DNA of 64,000 nucleotides from Candidatus Bathyarchaeota archaeon (GTDB lineage Archaea > Thermoproteota > Bathyarchaeia > Bathyarchaeales > Bathycorpusculaceae): positions 64,001 through 128,000 of the forward strand of contig CAVYRJ010000008.1 in assembly GCA_963770935.1 (NCBI GenBank), in the 5' to 3' direction. Every line of letters begins with the position of its first letter. The stretch's first letter is position 1. Below the pieces are notes generated by a model, which saw only the letters and a list, made by a program, of their open reading frames with translations, was not told the DNA's origin and ran no database searches. A program made the position numbers and the translations under genes. This document shows positions 28,840 through 40,141 of this stretch, one piece after another.

Positions 28840-30061
28840 CTATTTGGATGCAACAAGATCCGTGAGCACTTTATGCATAGCCAACGCTGGCGCGTTTGTT
28901 TTGATTCCTCTTGGGTTGAAGTGGGTTGGCACCGCTTGGAAGTCGCTACTGTGTAGTGCTGTTAGGAACGATTGGTTTGATGGGGCTGGTAGGTTTAGTT
29001 TGCCGCTTAACTTGTCGATCACGTAATAAGTAGGGGGTGCTGTGGCTTCGCCTTTGAGTTGGTTTAGGAGCTTTGTGATTTTGGCGTTGTTTTTAAAAGC
29101 GGTGGTCTGGTTTTCCTTTATAATTTGTTCAATGAACGCTCGGTCAGATATGGCACCTATCCATAATGGGCCTGCAAGCTCCATTTTTGAGCCACACTCG
29201 GGGCAAATAACGATTAGGCCAAAAATTTTTGGAGCGATTTCCCGACGCATGCAATTAAAGCAATGGAGGATGTAGCCTTTGTTTTTGAGGCTTTCGTCAG
29301 CTTTTTGGCAGCCGTAGGCGATTTGGGCGTAGACTCGGATGTAGTGGTTGCTGCTGTGGCTAAACAGTATTCGGAGTCCAATGTCGTGCTTCGCTGCCAC
29401 CGATGCCATGCAACCCGCCAAAAGCCGAACCGCCAACTCATGACAATACTCTGTACGCAATGGTTTACCGCCGTACTTACGCACGCAAGCCTTCGCATGA
29501 ACTCCACACAGAGGCGCCAAATCTGTAGCAGTCGCTGCCAGCAAGCCTTTGTTTTTTAGGGCTCTAAACGCTGAATCTAAGTAAGGCACGGGAGTTCCGA
29601 ATGGGTCGATGTCCACTATGTCGAAGCGTTTTTTGGGCGAGGCATTATCTGCTTAAAACGGCGTTAGCGTCTTTGTGTTTGAGGGTGACTTTGTTTTTTA
29701 GTTTGTTTAGTTCAATGTTGTGCTTCGCCAGTTCATAGGCTGAGGTGTTGATGTCGCTGACCAGCACCTTTTTAACGCCGTCAATTTCGGCTGCAAAACG
29801 GATTCCCCGGATGCCTTGGCTGGTGAAGGGTTCGCAGATGCTGATTTCATGGTCAACCATATGCTTGTAAGCTTTGAACGCTAAAACGGTTAAGTCACGG
29901 TTGAACTCCATGACAGGGTTGTAGAAGACTGGAGCTTTAGAGGGAGCATAATCTGATGGCACAACACCGTATGCAGAGAGTTTGGGCACTAAAACTTGGA
30001 CTTTACCTTCATGGATGATTTCGCTGGGAAAATCTGCCACGTATCCTTCTTTATCTGCCAT
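28840..30061 (-). CDS. trm1: tRNA (guanine26-N2)-dimethyltransferase (frameshifted near 29645)
   Basis: VFYNPVMEFNRD, GIRGIRF, DIDPFGTP, TATD, CFNC/CPEC zinc ribbon, GPLW, THF. Confidence 0.93.
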
Positions 30062-30116
30062 TTGGTGTGCTCCAGAGATGTTGGTATGAAAAGAATTTAA
30101 TCGGCATATTAGACTT

Positions 30117-30686
30117 ATGGTATGGTTGGTGCAAAAGATGAAGATGACGATGACTAGGGTTTTGCTTTTAACCGGTGCTTCAGGCGTTGGAAAAACAACC
30201 GTGCTCACAAAAACGGTTGACGCCTTAAAAGCCAAGGGCATAAACGTTGGCGGCATGATTAGCCGTGAAGTACGCGAAGGAGGCGTGCGTGTTGGCTTTG
30301 AAATTTTGGATTTGTCCAGTGGAAAACGTGGGTGGCTTGCTAAGGTAAACGGCCAGAGTGGTCCACAGGTAGGTAAGTACCATGTCAACCTTGGCGATAT
30401 AGACAAAATCGGTGCTGCAGGCATCATTCAAGCCCTCGAAAACTGCAGTGTTATCGCCATCGACGAGATTGGTCCCATGGAGCTATTCTCGCCGAAGTTC
30501 AAACAAGCCGTGGTACAGGCGATGGAAAGCAAAAAGTTAGTGCTGGCGGTTGTGCATGGAAAAGCCAAAGACCCGCTGGTAACTCAGGTAAAGCGAAAAG
30601 CTGACGCGGAGATTTTTAACGTGACTTTTTCTAATAGAGAAAAATTGCCTGAAAAACTAATTCAAAAAGCATTAGATCCACGTTAA
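30117..30686 (+). CDS. THEP1-type nucleoside-triphosphatase
   Basis: TGASGVGKTT, RVGF, VGKY, IDEIGPMEL. Confidence 0.92.
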   Translation: MVWLVQKMKMTMTRVLLLTGASGVGKTTVLTKTVDALKAKGINVGGMISREVREGGVRVGFEILDLSSGKRGWLAKVNGQSGPQVGKYHVNLGDIDKIGAAGIIQALENCSVIAIDEIGPMELFSPKFKQAVVQAMESKKLVLAVVHGKAKDPLVTQVKRKADAEIFNVTFSNREKLPEKLIQKALDPR

Positions 30687-31259
30687 TCTAACTCATCACT
30701 TTTAGCGGGGAGTATTTGGATCTGAGGGGTATGCATAATTAAATTTTCTTCTTTGGAATGATTTAACTATTATGATTGCTTTTGGGGCATTCACGTAATT
30801 TAGGAAAAGCAGAAATAAGAAAAGGTAGAGCAAAAGAATGGTGGAGGAAATGCCGAGCCTAAAGATTGAGGTCATCGGAAATATTTGTTGTCTGATAGAA
30901 GAACAACAGTTGCTTTTACAAATTGGCAAGGCTTGCTTTGGGTTGCTTTTTTGATTTAGGATTTGTGGCGTCTGCAGGCTGCGTCTGGATTCGGCAAACA
31001 ACGTCATAGAAAGTCAAAGAAAGGCGGAGTTGGTCTAGTTGCCGCCAACTGAGCAGTAAGTTTCAAGACCCGGTTGCAGAGAAGGGAAAATTGACTGCAG
31101 CCCAGAAAAGTACTTTTTAAGCATTAAAAATATACCCCTAGGCAAAGGAAGAAAGATAACAAAAACCTAAATCTGCTCTCAGAAGGGCATAAAGAAAACG
31201 CAAGCCTCAAAACAAACTTTTATTTGTGCGCCGTACAGAAAAACCCTGGAACGGATGGA

Positions 31260-31823
31260 ATGAAGCAAGCCAAACTCTTTGGTACTGACATTGAACCCAA
31301 AGTTCTGACCTCATTAGAGTTAGCTAAGGCAAAGATAATGGCTAAGCAAATTGTCGACAACGTTCGAACCTTTTGTGATAAGATTGAGCTCGTTGGCTCA
31401 ATTCGACGGCAAAAAAACTTAGTGGGCGATATTGACTTTGTGGTTATGGCAACTGATAGAAATTGGGCAAAAATTACTTCATGTTTTAAGAAATCAAACA
31501 TTATTTGCGCTGGTAATCAACTCATTAAGGTAAACTGCCCTATCAGTGGAGACTTATTTCAAGCCGATTTTTACAGAGGATACGACAGTAATTTCGGTAT
31601 TCAACAACTAATTCGCACAGGTTCAGCAGACCATAATATGTGGCTGGCAGGATACGCTATATCAAAAGGCTTCAGGCTCAAGTACAGCGAAGGTTTGCTT
31701 CAAAACGACAATGTTATTGTTGGAAGTACAGAGGAAAGCGTTTTTGAAACACTAGGGCTACCCTGTCCAAAACCTGAAGAACGAGAAATAGCCAACGGAA
31801 AGCCTGTTTGGTTAAAAGCTTGA
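31260..31823 (+). CDS. minimal DNA polymerase X-like protein (palm + thumb only)
   Basis: VGSIRR, GDIDFV, QADF, RTGSADHN, GFRLKYSEGL, EESVFETLGL...PEERE. No lyase, fingers or PHP domain. Confidence 0.85.
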   Translation: MKQAKLFGTDIEPKVLTSLELAKAKIMAKQIVDNVRTFCDKIELVGSIRRQKNLVGDIDFVVMATDRNWAKITSCFKKSNIICAGNQLIKVNCPISGDLFQADFYRGYDSNFGIQQLIRTGSADHNMWLAGYAISKGFRLKYSEGLLQNDNVIVGSTEESVFETLGLPCPKPEEREIANGKPVWLKA

Positions 31824-32550
31824 CGGTTTGCCTCAAAAACAGAAGGGTATTAATACCAACTACGCGCCCGCCCTCCTTCATGTCTACTTGTCATTAGTTA
31901 AGACTCATCCTTCTATTTTGGCAAATACAGATTAAACTTTCAACTCCATAGGAAAGAAACGTAATACGTAAACATATTACAACCTCTTTTTCCTTTTTAT
32001 GGACTCGCAACTTTGCGACTTCAATCTGTGAGGTCACTTTCCAAAATTGCGCTTTTGCGGAAGAGGCACGTTTGCTGATTGGATTATTTTTTACATACAA
32101 AAAATACGGGTTTACAAAATTAGTATAAACTTGCTAAAACAATGCAGATTGTGGATGATGTTTTACTCAAACTCCCCTTTACGGAGTAGCTGCTACAGTC
32201 ATAGTAACAATAATTATTGTTTCGCGTAACTTAATAATAAACAGTAAGAAGGAAAAAAATAAATCTCCAAAATAAATTGGAGAACTTCCAAGTTTAAAAC
32301 ATATAGAAACCAGTTTTTTGTTTTTGTGTCGTATTGTGTATTTTTGTGGACGCTTGTTGGCGCTTTCATATTGAGGGATTCAAAATTGTCTAAGGGACTT
32401 TTTTGTTGTATCTCAAACTGAGCCTCTTAGTTATTCTCCTTGGAGTTTTTATTTTGGTGGAATGTGTCTTGGGTCATTTGGAATGTCGATTAGAGAACCT
32501 AGTAGTGGAGTCGGTTGGGAGAGACGTGTGTCTCTATTTTTACACATTAT

Positions 32551-35500
32551 TTAGCTGATAGGGGAAGTCGTTCTAGAGCGTCTTCTCAATATAACCGTAA
32601 TTGCAACTGCAAATCCCAGAATGCCTATTCCTATCCCTGCGTAAGCGAGGTATTGTGTCGTATTCAGGCTTGCGTTAAGACTGCCAATTTGGTTTTGAAG
32701 TGCATTTAAAGAAGCGTTCAGGTTGTTACCTATAGCACCCAGTTGGTTCTGCAGAGCGGATTGTTTCGAAGTTAAATTGTTTATGTTGACTCCGAGTTCT
32801 CCTATTTGGTTTTCCAGGTCACCTATATTAGTTTCCAAACCTTTTATCTGGTTTTGTAAGGATGATTGTTTCGAATTCAAGTTGTTTATGTTGTTTTCGA
32901 GAACATTCACTTGGTTTTGCAGTGACGATTGTGTAGAATTCAGAGAGTCTAAGCTTGATTGAGTTAAGCTTGCTTGATTTATGAAGTAAAATGTAAGGTC
33001 TGCTGCTGATGTGGTGCCTGTGGTTTGGGTAGCCACTGCTTGCATAAGGTAGGTTCCATCTGGGTAGTTGGCACTTGGCAGAGTGAATGTGAGAGTGCCG
33101 TTGTTGCTGAATGTCTGGATGGACTGCCCGTTGAGGTAGACTGTGACTGAGTCGATGTTGTTTCCCAAGACTGCGATGTTTGTGTTTACGTCACCTTTGT
33201 AGCTGGCTCCATTTGCGGGTGACAAAATTTGAATTGTTGGTGGAGGCGGAGTGATTGTTTGGTAACTTGATGAAGTTAGTGAAATGCGTGAGTTTAGAAG
33301 AGTTATGGAGGTTAGGTCGGAGTTGACCAAGTTTATGGTGCTGTTTGTTGCGACAATGTTACCCCCGTGAACTGCTCGCAGGGTTAGATTGGATTCGGTA
33401 ACAAAGAGGGTTCCGTTGATGACTGAATCTGATATTGTGGTATTTCCTGATTGAAGGTAGTTGGATTCTAAGAAAAAGTCGTTTGATAGATTGACAGATC
33501 CGTTTATCGTGACTTGGCTTAGAGCTAATCCATAGTTTTGCTGGAAAGAGTTGATTATTTGGTTTGTTACGTAAATGTATGGCTGTATAAAAAAGCTTTG
33601 TTGGGCGGAGAGCGCGGTTGTTGTTGGAACGCCGTCATAGGAAATTCCTGTAACATAGGCTTCGTAGGGGCCAGCGTAACTGAATCCGTTGTCGTTTGCT
33701 GGTGAGAGTGATCCTGCGTAATAGGGGGAAGGAAGTGAAATGTTAGCTAACCACCTGTTCTGGGTGGAGTTGTATGTTAAAGGTGTAAGTTGAGAATTCA
33801 GGTATTTGGCAAACATTATTTCTGTGAATTGGTTTTGCTGTTCTTGCGGGTAGATTATTGCGGTGTATTCGCCTTGGGTTACTTCTTGCCCGTTTGGGTA
33901 TCGAATATCAGCTGATATTTGTGCAGTTTGCCCCATGAATAGGGTTGAGGGTGAAATCGTTATGGTAGGGGTTATTGTTCCGTTTGAGACCCATATCTTG
34001 CTGTAGAAGGAACCGTATAGTGTATATCCAAGTGTTAGGGATCCGTAGCTTGCCCTTAACAAGATAGTATATAGCCCTGACGTTGCGTTTGTGGGAACTT
34101 GAAGTAAGCCACCGATTATTGAAGCTTGGTAAACTAGATCTGATCTCGCGATTGCGTTACCAGCTGAATTGACTAGGTAAGCGGTTACGCTGGATCCTGA
34201 AGTAATGTCTGAACCCACTGTTGTTCCGCTGTCAATGGAGAAGATTTTGGCTATGTTGATTGGGGCTATTGGTGATGTGATGATTGTGAGGTATTGTCCA
34301 GGTCCAATCGCGCCGGGTGCGACTGCTACCTCAGGGAGTACTAGACTGTTTTGTAAGTAAATTCCGTTTGTATATGGTAAGAATCCGTAGGTGCTTCCTT
34401 GGAGCATTAATGTTAATGGTCCTGCGGTGTAAGGTTTTGTTAGGTTTGCCGCGGTTACGTTTACAAGGCCTTCAATTTCTGTGGGTTCTAGATTTATGGT
34501 GTCTTCGATGGTGAATTGATTGGTCAAGATGGAATATGAGTTCACTTGCATTGTAATAGAGTTTGTTGGTGCTGAATTGCCGTTGAGGTCTGTTGAAGCT
34601 ATCACGACTTGTAGTCCGGTGGATGTTGTTATATAGGGGTTTGTGGGCGTTGGGCTGTAGAAGGTTGCGAGATAACCAGCGAATATTTGCGCAAATCCTG
34701 CGCCTGAGAGGTTAGCTGAGGTACCGTTAACGTTGACATAGGAAACACCCGATTGTTCTCCCATAGTTAAGTTGCAGGTCCAAACTTCTTTTGTGTTGTC
34801 AAAGGTCAAGGGGGTTTTAAGGTAAGTGCCTGTTAAGGTGGTTAGATGGGCTGTGAAGTTGCCTGTTGTTATTGGGTTGAAGCCATTGTAGATGTAGGCG
34901 GTGACGTTGATGGTTTGGTTTTGTGTGAATTCGATTGGTGATTCACCATTTTTATCTGTTAGTTCTACGTAAATTGAGAGACTTGGTTGGTTGAGTTGAT
35001 TATTGTATAAGTGGGCGATTTCGCCGATATTTGGGGCTCCCCATCCTGTGACAAGGTTGTAGCCGGAGGTTGCGGTCCATGGTATGTTGTAGCCGAATGT
35101 TATTGGCACGAAAGCTTTGGTGCGTAGACTAGCGTTGTTTCCTATGCTGTAGAGGAAGGGGTTAACTAATCCTAAGGGACCTCCTGATGATTGGGCTATT
35201 AGAGTGAGTAAACCCGAAAGTAGTTGAACTGACGCTGAAGTGCCACCGGCGGTTAGGGTTGAGCCTGCATCTACAATGAAGATACCCGGATCGACTCCGC
35301 CTTGCAAGGCGAGGTCTGGCTCCATTCTACCGTTGGGGTATGATGGTGGTGTTTGTTGGTTTTGTTGGTACCATGGTTTTGGTTCTAGAAAGCTGACTCC
35401 ACCTCCGCTTCCACCGGCGTTTACGCCGTTTGGTACGTACCCTGGATTAGACCAGCCTGTTTGAACAATTGCTTTGGATCCGTTTGGTTGTGTGTAGAGG

Positions 35501-36693
35501 TATGTTTGAGTGCCTCCTGTGCTGGTTACGTATGGTGAGTCGGATGGATATGCTGAGTTTCCTGCGGGTCCTGTGCTGTATCCGCTTCCGCCGGCATCGC
35601 CTGAGGCGCACAAGAAGGTTATGCCTTGGAGGGAGCCTATCATGAAGTATTGGTCGGGGAGAAGCATGTTGAAGTAGAAGAGTTCTCCTCCGATGAGTGG
35701 GTATATCCATTCTGGGGCGAATGAGAAGCTCATTGAGAGTGTTGTTACTCTATTATAGTATATTATTGGGGCAAGATCAGCGGCGAAGGAGACTGCTCCT
35801 GTTGTTATGTAAAGGTCTATAGCGGCTTTTGGAGCCATTGCATGTGACAGTTCAACGTCCATGGCTATTTCGGTGCTCCAACCGATGGCTGCACCAAGGT
35901 TGGGGTTGTAGGGAACGATAGGAATTATGTTTAGGGTTGGGTCGGGAAAGCCGTATTTTTTGTTGAACAGAGCTAGGTCTTGTCTGATTGTTGGGGAACC
36001 GTAGAAGCCAAGTATGCCGATGGTTTGCTGTTCGCCTTGGAAACCTTGCTCGTAAAGTGAGGTGGCGTTGTAGACGGTCTGTAGGTCTTTGGCTGAGAAT
36101 CCTCCTTGCGTGTAGGTAATGTTTGCGTTTGGTTGGGTTTTAAGAGAATTTGTGAATTGGGGCTTTATGAGGAGGGCTGTAGCGTTTGATGCGACAATAT
36201 GGGCTCCGTTGAGAAGTGAGTTTCCGCTTGTCATGTAATAGGAGTTGGTGCCGTTTGTGTACATGTTAACCTCTTTCTGGAATAACCTGTTGACTTGTTC
36301 TACAGTGGCTTGAACAACTATCATAGAGTCTAGGGTATTCATAACGACCTGTAGCCCAGCGTTTTGAAGGTAAATAAGCATTGATTCGTATTCGGTTGTT
36401 GGCAAGAACTTCTGTTTTATCTGTTCAGGGGTCAGAAACTGTCTAAATGAAGGTGAAGAGGGGTCAGAAACCTGCTTTAGTGTGGATCCTATGAGATCTG
36501 TGTTTTTCAGGGGAATGGCGATGTTTACAAGAACAGAAAGATCTGATGGTGCCTTTCCTTGAAGAATGTAACCCGGGAGAGGCTGAAGGGAAATGTCAAC
36601 CAAGTTGGGAGCAGGCAAGACTGCTGAAGAAACGTTACATATGGGGGAAAATATTAACAAAGTAATTACGAGGATAACGATCTTTGATTTCAT
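32551..36693 (-). CDS. large surface-anchored sedolisin (S53) protease
   Basis: Signal peptide, pro-domain (SDPSSPSFRQFLT), EIAMD, SGDAG, GGTS, YNLVTGWGAP, Ig-like domains, coiled coil, and C-terminal TM helix followed by RRRSR. Confidence 0.92.
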   Translation of the reverse strand: MKSKIVILVITLLIFSPICNVSSAVLPAPNLVDISLQPLPGYILQGKAPSDLSVLVNIAIPLKNTDLIGSTLKQVSDPSSPSFRQFLTPEQIKQKFLPTTEYESMLIYLQNAGLQVVMNTLDSMIVVQATVEQVNRLFQKEVNMYTNGTNSYYMTSGNSLLNGAHIVASNATALLIKPQFTNSLKTQPNANITYTQGGFSAKDLQTVYNATSLYEQGFQGEQQTIGILGFYGSPTIRQDLALFNKKYGFPDPTLNIIPIVPYNPNLGAAIGWSTEIAMDVELSHAMAPKAAIDLYITTGAVSFAADLAPIIYYNRVTTLSMSFSFAPEWIYPLIGGELFYFNMLLPDQYFMIGSLQGITFLCASGDAGGSGYSTGPAGNSAYPSDSPYVTSTGGTQTYLYTQPNGSKAIVQTGWSNPGYVPNGVNAGGSGGGVSFLEPKPWYQQNQQTPPSYPNGRMEPDLALQGGVDPGIFIVDAGSTLTAGGTSASVQLLSGLLTLIAQSSGGPLGLVNPFLYSIGNNASLRTKAFVPITFGYNIPWTATSGYNLVTGWGAPNIGEIAHLYNNQLNQPSLSIYVELTDKNGESPIEFTQNQTINVTAYIYNGFNPITTGNFTAHLTTLTGTYLKTPLTFDNTKEVWTCNLTMGEQSGVSYVNVNGTSANLSGAGFAQIFAGYLATFYSPTPTNPYITTSTGLQVVIASTDLNGNSAPTNSITMQVNSYSILTNQFTIEDTINLEPTEIEGLVNVTAANLTKPYTAGPLTLMLQGSTYGFLPYTNGIYLQNSLVLPEVAVAPGAIGPGQYLTIITSPIAPINIAKIFSIDSGTTVGSDITSGSSVTAYLVNSAGNAIARSDLVYQASIIGGLLQVPTNATSGLYTILLRASYGSLTLGYTLYGSFYSKIWVSNGTITPTITISPSTLFMGQTAQISADIRYPNGQEVTQGEYTAIIYPQEQQNQFTEIMFAKYLNSQLTPLTYNSTQNRWLANISLPSPYYAGSLSPANDNGFSYAGPYEAYVTGISYDGVPTTTALSAQQSFFIQPYIYVTNQIINSFQQNYGLALSQVTINGSVNLSNDFFLESNYLQSGNTTISDSVINGTLFVTESNLTLRAVHGGNIVATNSTINLVNSDLTSITLLNSRISLTSSSYQTITPPPPTIQILSPANGASYKGDVNTNIAVLGNNIDSVTVYLNGQSIQTFSNNGTLTFTLPSANYPDGTYLMQAVATQTTGTTSAADLTFYFINQASLTQSSLDSLNSTQSSLQNQVNVLENNINNLNSKQSSLQNQIKGLETNIGDLENQIGELGVNINNLTSKQSALQNQLGAIGNNLNASLNALQNQIGSLNASLNTTQYLAYAGIGIGILGFAVAITVILRRRSRTTSPIS
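32670..32960 (-). repeat. imperfect coding repeat forming a coiled-coil stalk
   Basis: Four LQNQ-centred units: LNSTQSSLQNQ, LNSKQSSLQNQ, LTSKQSALQNQ, LNALQNQ. Confidence 0.7.
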
Positions 36694-37095
36694 AATGGCA
36701 CTTCCAAATCGACAGAATTTTTCTATATTTATTCAAGAGGTTTTGAACTCTTATTTAGTTGTTTTCATAATTATCGATTGTTGTTGTGTTATAAGTTTTT
36801 CTAACAGGTAGCGCTAAGCGTATGGGGAAGCGGGGACAGAACGTCCAAGCGTGCGTTCGTGTGTTTTAGCAAGTTTAAAATAGTTTTTATGGACTCGTAT
36901 TTTTTATGAGTAAAATTTAATCCCAATACCAAAACCCAACCCAAACTATGAATGCAACAGGTTTAAGTCCTTTGAAGATATTAAAATGTAACACTATTAA
37001 ATGTAACTTCGGGGCTCATAAATATTTTAAGTTCAAGTCAGTTTGAGCTTACATTTACTTTTATATAGTCTTTATGAGTATTTTGCGTTACGGTA

Positions 37096-40000
37096 ATGAA
37101 TTTGACTGCCCAAACTGAAGCTGGCCAAAACCAAAGTTTGCCGACAAACTACTCTCCACTTGCGCTTGAAGCTGAAATGCGTGAATTCTGGACAAAAAAC
37201 GACATCCGCAACAAGCTAGAGTTCACAGAGAAAACTGCTAAAGGGAATTTGGGTTACGTGGAAGGTCCACCCACCCTAAACGGCATCCCCCACATTGGTC
37301 ATGCTCGTGGACGCATCATGAAGGATATTCGTTATCGATGGAAAACCATGGAAGGTTTCTATATGCCGTTTTGGGCAGGATGGGATTGCCAAGGTTTACC
37401 TGTAGAACTTGAAGTTGAAAAACTCCTCGGAGTGAGAAACAAGCGGGAATCCATCGAGAAATTCGGTATGGAACGCTTCATTGAAGAATGCAAAAAAGCC
37501 ATTATGCGTTACCATCAGATGTGGCTTGAAGCTGATGGAAAACTTGGCATTGCTATTAACCAAGACAAAGCGTACTGGACCTACAAGGACAGCTACATCG
37601 AACGAGAATGGTTCTACCTCAAACGTGCTTGGGAACAAAACCTGCTCGAAGAAGGACACTACGTTGTAGCTTACTGTCCAGGATGTCAAACCAGCCTTAG
37701 CAGCGCAGAAGTTGGCTATGAAGGCAGCTACAAAGAAGTCGAAGATCCATCAGTCTACTTCAAATTCAAGGTTTCAGGCACACAAAACGAGTACTTCCTT
37801 GTATGGACCACCATGCCTTTCACAATCATCACCGACACCATGCTTGCCGTGCAGCCAAAAGCAGAATACGTGAAAGTAAAGGTTGGCGAAGAAACTTGGA
37901 TAATGATGCGGCAACGTGTTGACCCAGTTATGGCAGAACTTGAAATCAAAGCTTACCAAATTACAGAATCTGTGACTGGTAAAAGTTTGGAAGGAACAGC
38001 TTATGATTACCCATTAAAAGACCTTATTCCAAAGCAGGTTGAACTAGAGACTAAACACCCATTAGTCCACAAAGTCATAGCAGAAGATTTTGTTGATGTA
38101 GAAACTGCCACTGGAGTTGTGCATCTTTCTCCTGGGAACGGCGAAGACGATTTTTGGGCTGCAAACCGTCGTGGAGTCCCAATTTTTGTTCCATTCGACG
38201 ACGAAGTCAAATTTACAAACGACGCAGGAATCTTCACAGGCGTATTTGCACGCGACGCGGACATGCTGGTCGTTGAGGAACTGCGCAACCACAACGCATT
38301 TGTGAAAGTTAAAAAAATCAAACATGAATACCCAACCTGCTGGCGTAGCCACCACAAACTAGTTTGGTTGGCGCGTAAAGAGTATTTTTTGCGAACCGAC
38401 AAAATCAACCATAAAGTGCTAGAAGCAGCTGAGAAAATTAAGTGCTTCTTTGATGAACCCAAAAACCGCTTCTTAGGCTTCTTAAAAGAGGGCAAACCAT
38501 GGTGCATCAGCCGCGAACGCATCTGGGGAACGCCTTTACCAATGTGGACCTGTGTGAAATGCGGCAACAAACGCCTAGTAGCAAGCAAAAACGAACTGGT
38601 TGAAAGCGCTCAAGAGGAGATTCCGGAGAACTTTGAGTTGCACAAGCCTTGGGTTGACCGAATCACGTTAAAATGCGAGAAATGCAAAGGAGTTATGCGG
38701 CGTGAAGATTTTGTTTTAGATACTTGGCACAACAGCGGCGCTTCGCCATATGCGCGATTCAATGATGAAGAGTTCGAGAAGTTTGTGCCGACTTCCTTTT
38801 TGACTGAAGGCATTGACCAAACAAGGGGGTGGGCAAATTCGCTGCTCTTGGAATACATTATCTTAACAGGAAAACCCGTTGCACCCTACAAGGCGTTTCT
38901 GTTTCAAGGGTTAACACAGGATGCAAAGGGCAGAAAAATGAGCAAAAGCCTAGGTAACGTCGTGGAAACCAACAAGCTCCTCGAAAAGAATAGCGCTGAC
39001 CTTTGCCGTTTCTACATGATGCGTAAGTGTTCACCAGTGGACTTCATGAGTTTTGACATGCAGGAACTAACACGAAGACCCTACCAAGTGCTTTCAACAC
39101 TCTACCACCTAAGCAGGTTCTTTATGCAGAATGCGACTTTTGACGAATTTGATCCTAAAAAATACAGTTTGAAGTGGGCTCTTGAAGCTGGGAAGCTTCA
39201 AGCAGCTGACCTTTGGCTTCTATCTAAGCTGCAGGAGAAAATCGGGGAATACACAACTAAGCTTGAAGCATGCGAATTCAACGTGGCAGTTGCGGTTCTG
39301 GAGGATTTCGTAATTGAAACACTCAGCAGGCTCTATGTTCCGATGATTCGTAAAGAACTGTGGACAGATGAACCTGAAACATTTGAGCGCAGACAAACCA
39401 TCTATGCACTGCTACACCACACGTTAAAAACTGTGACCTTACTGTTTAACCCTATCACACCCTACTTAAGCGAAGCACTATACCAAAAAGTCTACAAGCA
39501 ACTTGAAGCGGATTTGCCTGAATCAGTCAATTTTGCATCATGGCCTGTAGCGAACAAAGAAATGTGTAACAAAACATTGGAAGAAGAATTTGATATTCTG
39601 CTAAAAGTTGTTTCAATTTCGTATGCTGCACGCCAACAGGGAAAACTAAAACGCAGATGGCCACTTGCCAAAACAATCGTAGTGGCACCAGAAAAAACCC
39701 TGGAAGCCCTAAGAAAACTTGAAGGTTTGTTTTTAGAGCAAACAAACGTTAAGTCTGTAGAGTACTCGTTGCAGGTTCCTGAGTACGTTGGAGGCGAAAA
39801 CTGGGTTTCCAGCCAATTAGACGACACAACCGTGTTCCTAAGCGGGCAACGTGATGATAAATTACTTGGTGAAGGCATCATGCGTGATTTGGCAAGGCGA
39901 GTGCAGGCGCTACGCAAGGAAATGGGGTTTGTCCCAACAGAAACTTTGGATTCTATTCACATTGCCGAATTAGATGCGGAGAGCATGGGACTTCTGGAGC

Positions 40001-40131
40001 CTTATTTAATTGAGATGGCTGGGCTAGTGCGGGCAAGAAAAGTCTACTTACATGTCACATGCAGCGAAGTTGAAGCGAACTGGCGCGAATCAGAACTGGA
40101 CGGCAAAAAAATCCACATAAACATTCACTAA
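37096..40131 (+). CDS. ileS: isoleucine--tRNA ligase (archaeal/eukaryal type)
   Basis: EGPPTLNG, HIGH, GWDCQGLPVE, WTTMP, WCISRER, EGIDQTRGW, KMSKS. Confidence 0.96.
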   Translation: MNLTAQTEAGQNQSLPTNYSPLALEAEMREFWTKNDIRNKLEFTEKTAKGNLGYVEGPPTLNGIPHIGHARGRIMKDIRYRWKTMEGFYMPFWAGWDCQGLPVELEVEKLLGVRNKRESIEKFGMERFIEECKKAIMRYHQMWLEADGKLGIAINQDKAYWTYKDSYIEREWFYLKRAWEQNLLEEGHYVVAYCPGCQTSLSSAEVGYEGSYKEVEDPSVYFKFKVSGTQNEYFLVWTTMPFTIITDTMLAVQPKAEYVKVKVGEETWIMMRQRVDPVMAELEIKAYQITESVTGKSLEGTAYDYPLKDLIPKQVELETKHPLVHKVIAEDFVDVETATGVVHLSPGNGEDDFWAANRRGVPIFVPFDDEVKFTNDAGIFTGVFARDADMLVVEELRNHNAFVKVKKIKHEYPTCWRSHHKLVWLARKEYFLRTDKINHKVLEAAEKIKCFFDEPKNRFLGFLKEGKPWCISRERIWGTPLPMWTCVKCGNKRLVASKNELVESAQEEIPENFELHKPWVDRITLKCEKCKGVMRREDFVLDTWHNSGASPYARFNDEEFEKFVPTSFLTEGIDQTRGWANSLLLEYIILTGKPVAPYKAFLFQGLTQDAKGRKMSKSLGNVVETNKLLEKNSADLCRFYMMRKCSPVDFMSFDMQELTRRPYQVLSTLYHLSRFFMQNATFDEFDPKKYSLKWALEAGKLQAADLWLLSKLQEKIGEYTTKLEACEFNVAVAVLEDFVIETLSRLYVPMIRKELWTDEPETFERRQTIYALLHHTLKTVTLLFNPITPYLSEALYQKVYKQLEADLPESVNFASWPVANKEMCNKTLEEEFDILLKVVSISYAARQQGKLKRRWPLAKTIVVAPEKTLEALRKLEGLFLEQTNVKSVEYSLQVPEYVGGENWVSSQLDDTTVFLSGQRDDKLLGEGIMRDLARRVQALRKEMGFVPTETLDSIHIAELDAESMGLLEPYLIEMAGLVRARKVYLHVTCSEVEANWRESELDGKKIHINIH

Positions 40132-40141
40132 GGCAAAACTT

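Noticed and set aside
30062-30427. N-terminal extension of the 260-aa trm1 ORF
   Set aside because: It is antisense to the NTPase gene; trm1 most likely starts at 30061.
30702-31007. 101-aa ORF, plus short ORFs at 31894-32229
   Set aside because: No motifs or clear RBS and atypical composition; probably spurious.
31022-31100. GGCGGAGTTGGTCTAGTTGCCGCC resembles a tRNA 5' end or att-site fragment upstream of PolX
   Set aside because: No anticodon arm, T-arm (GTTCRA) or acceptor-stem partner could be built. It is only a short GC hairpin.
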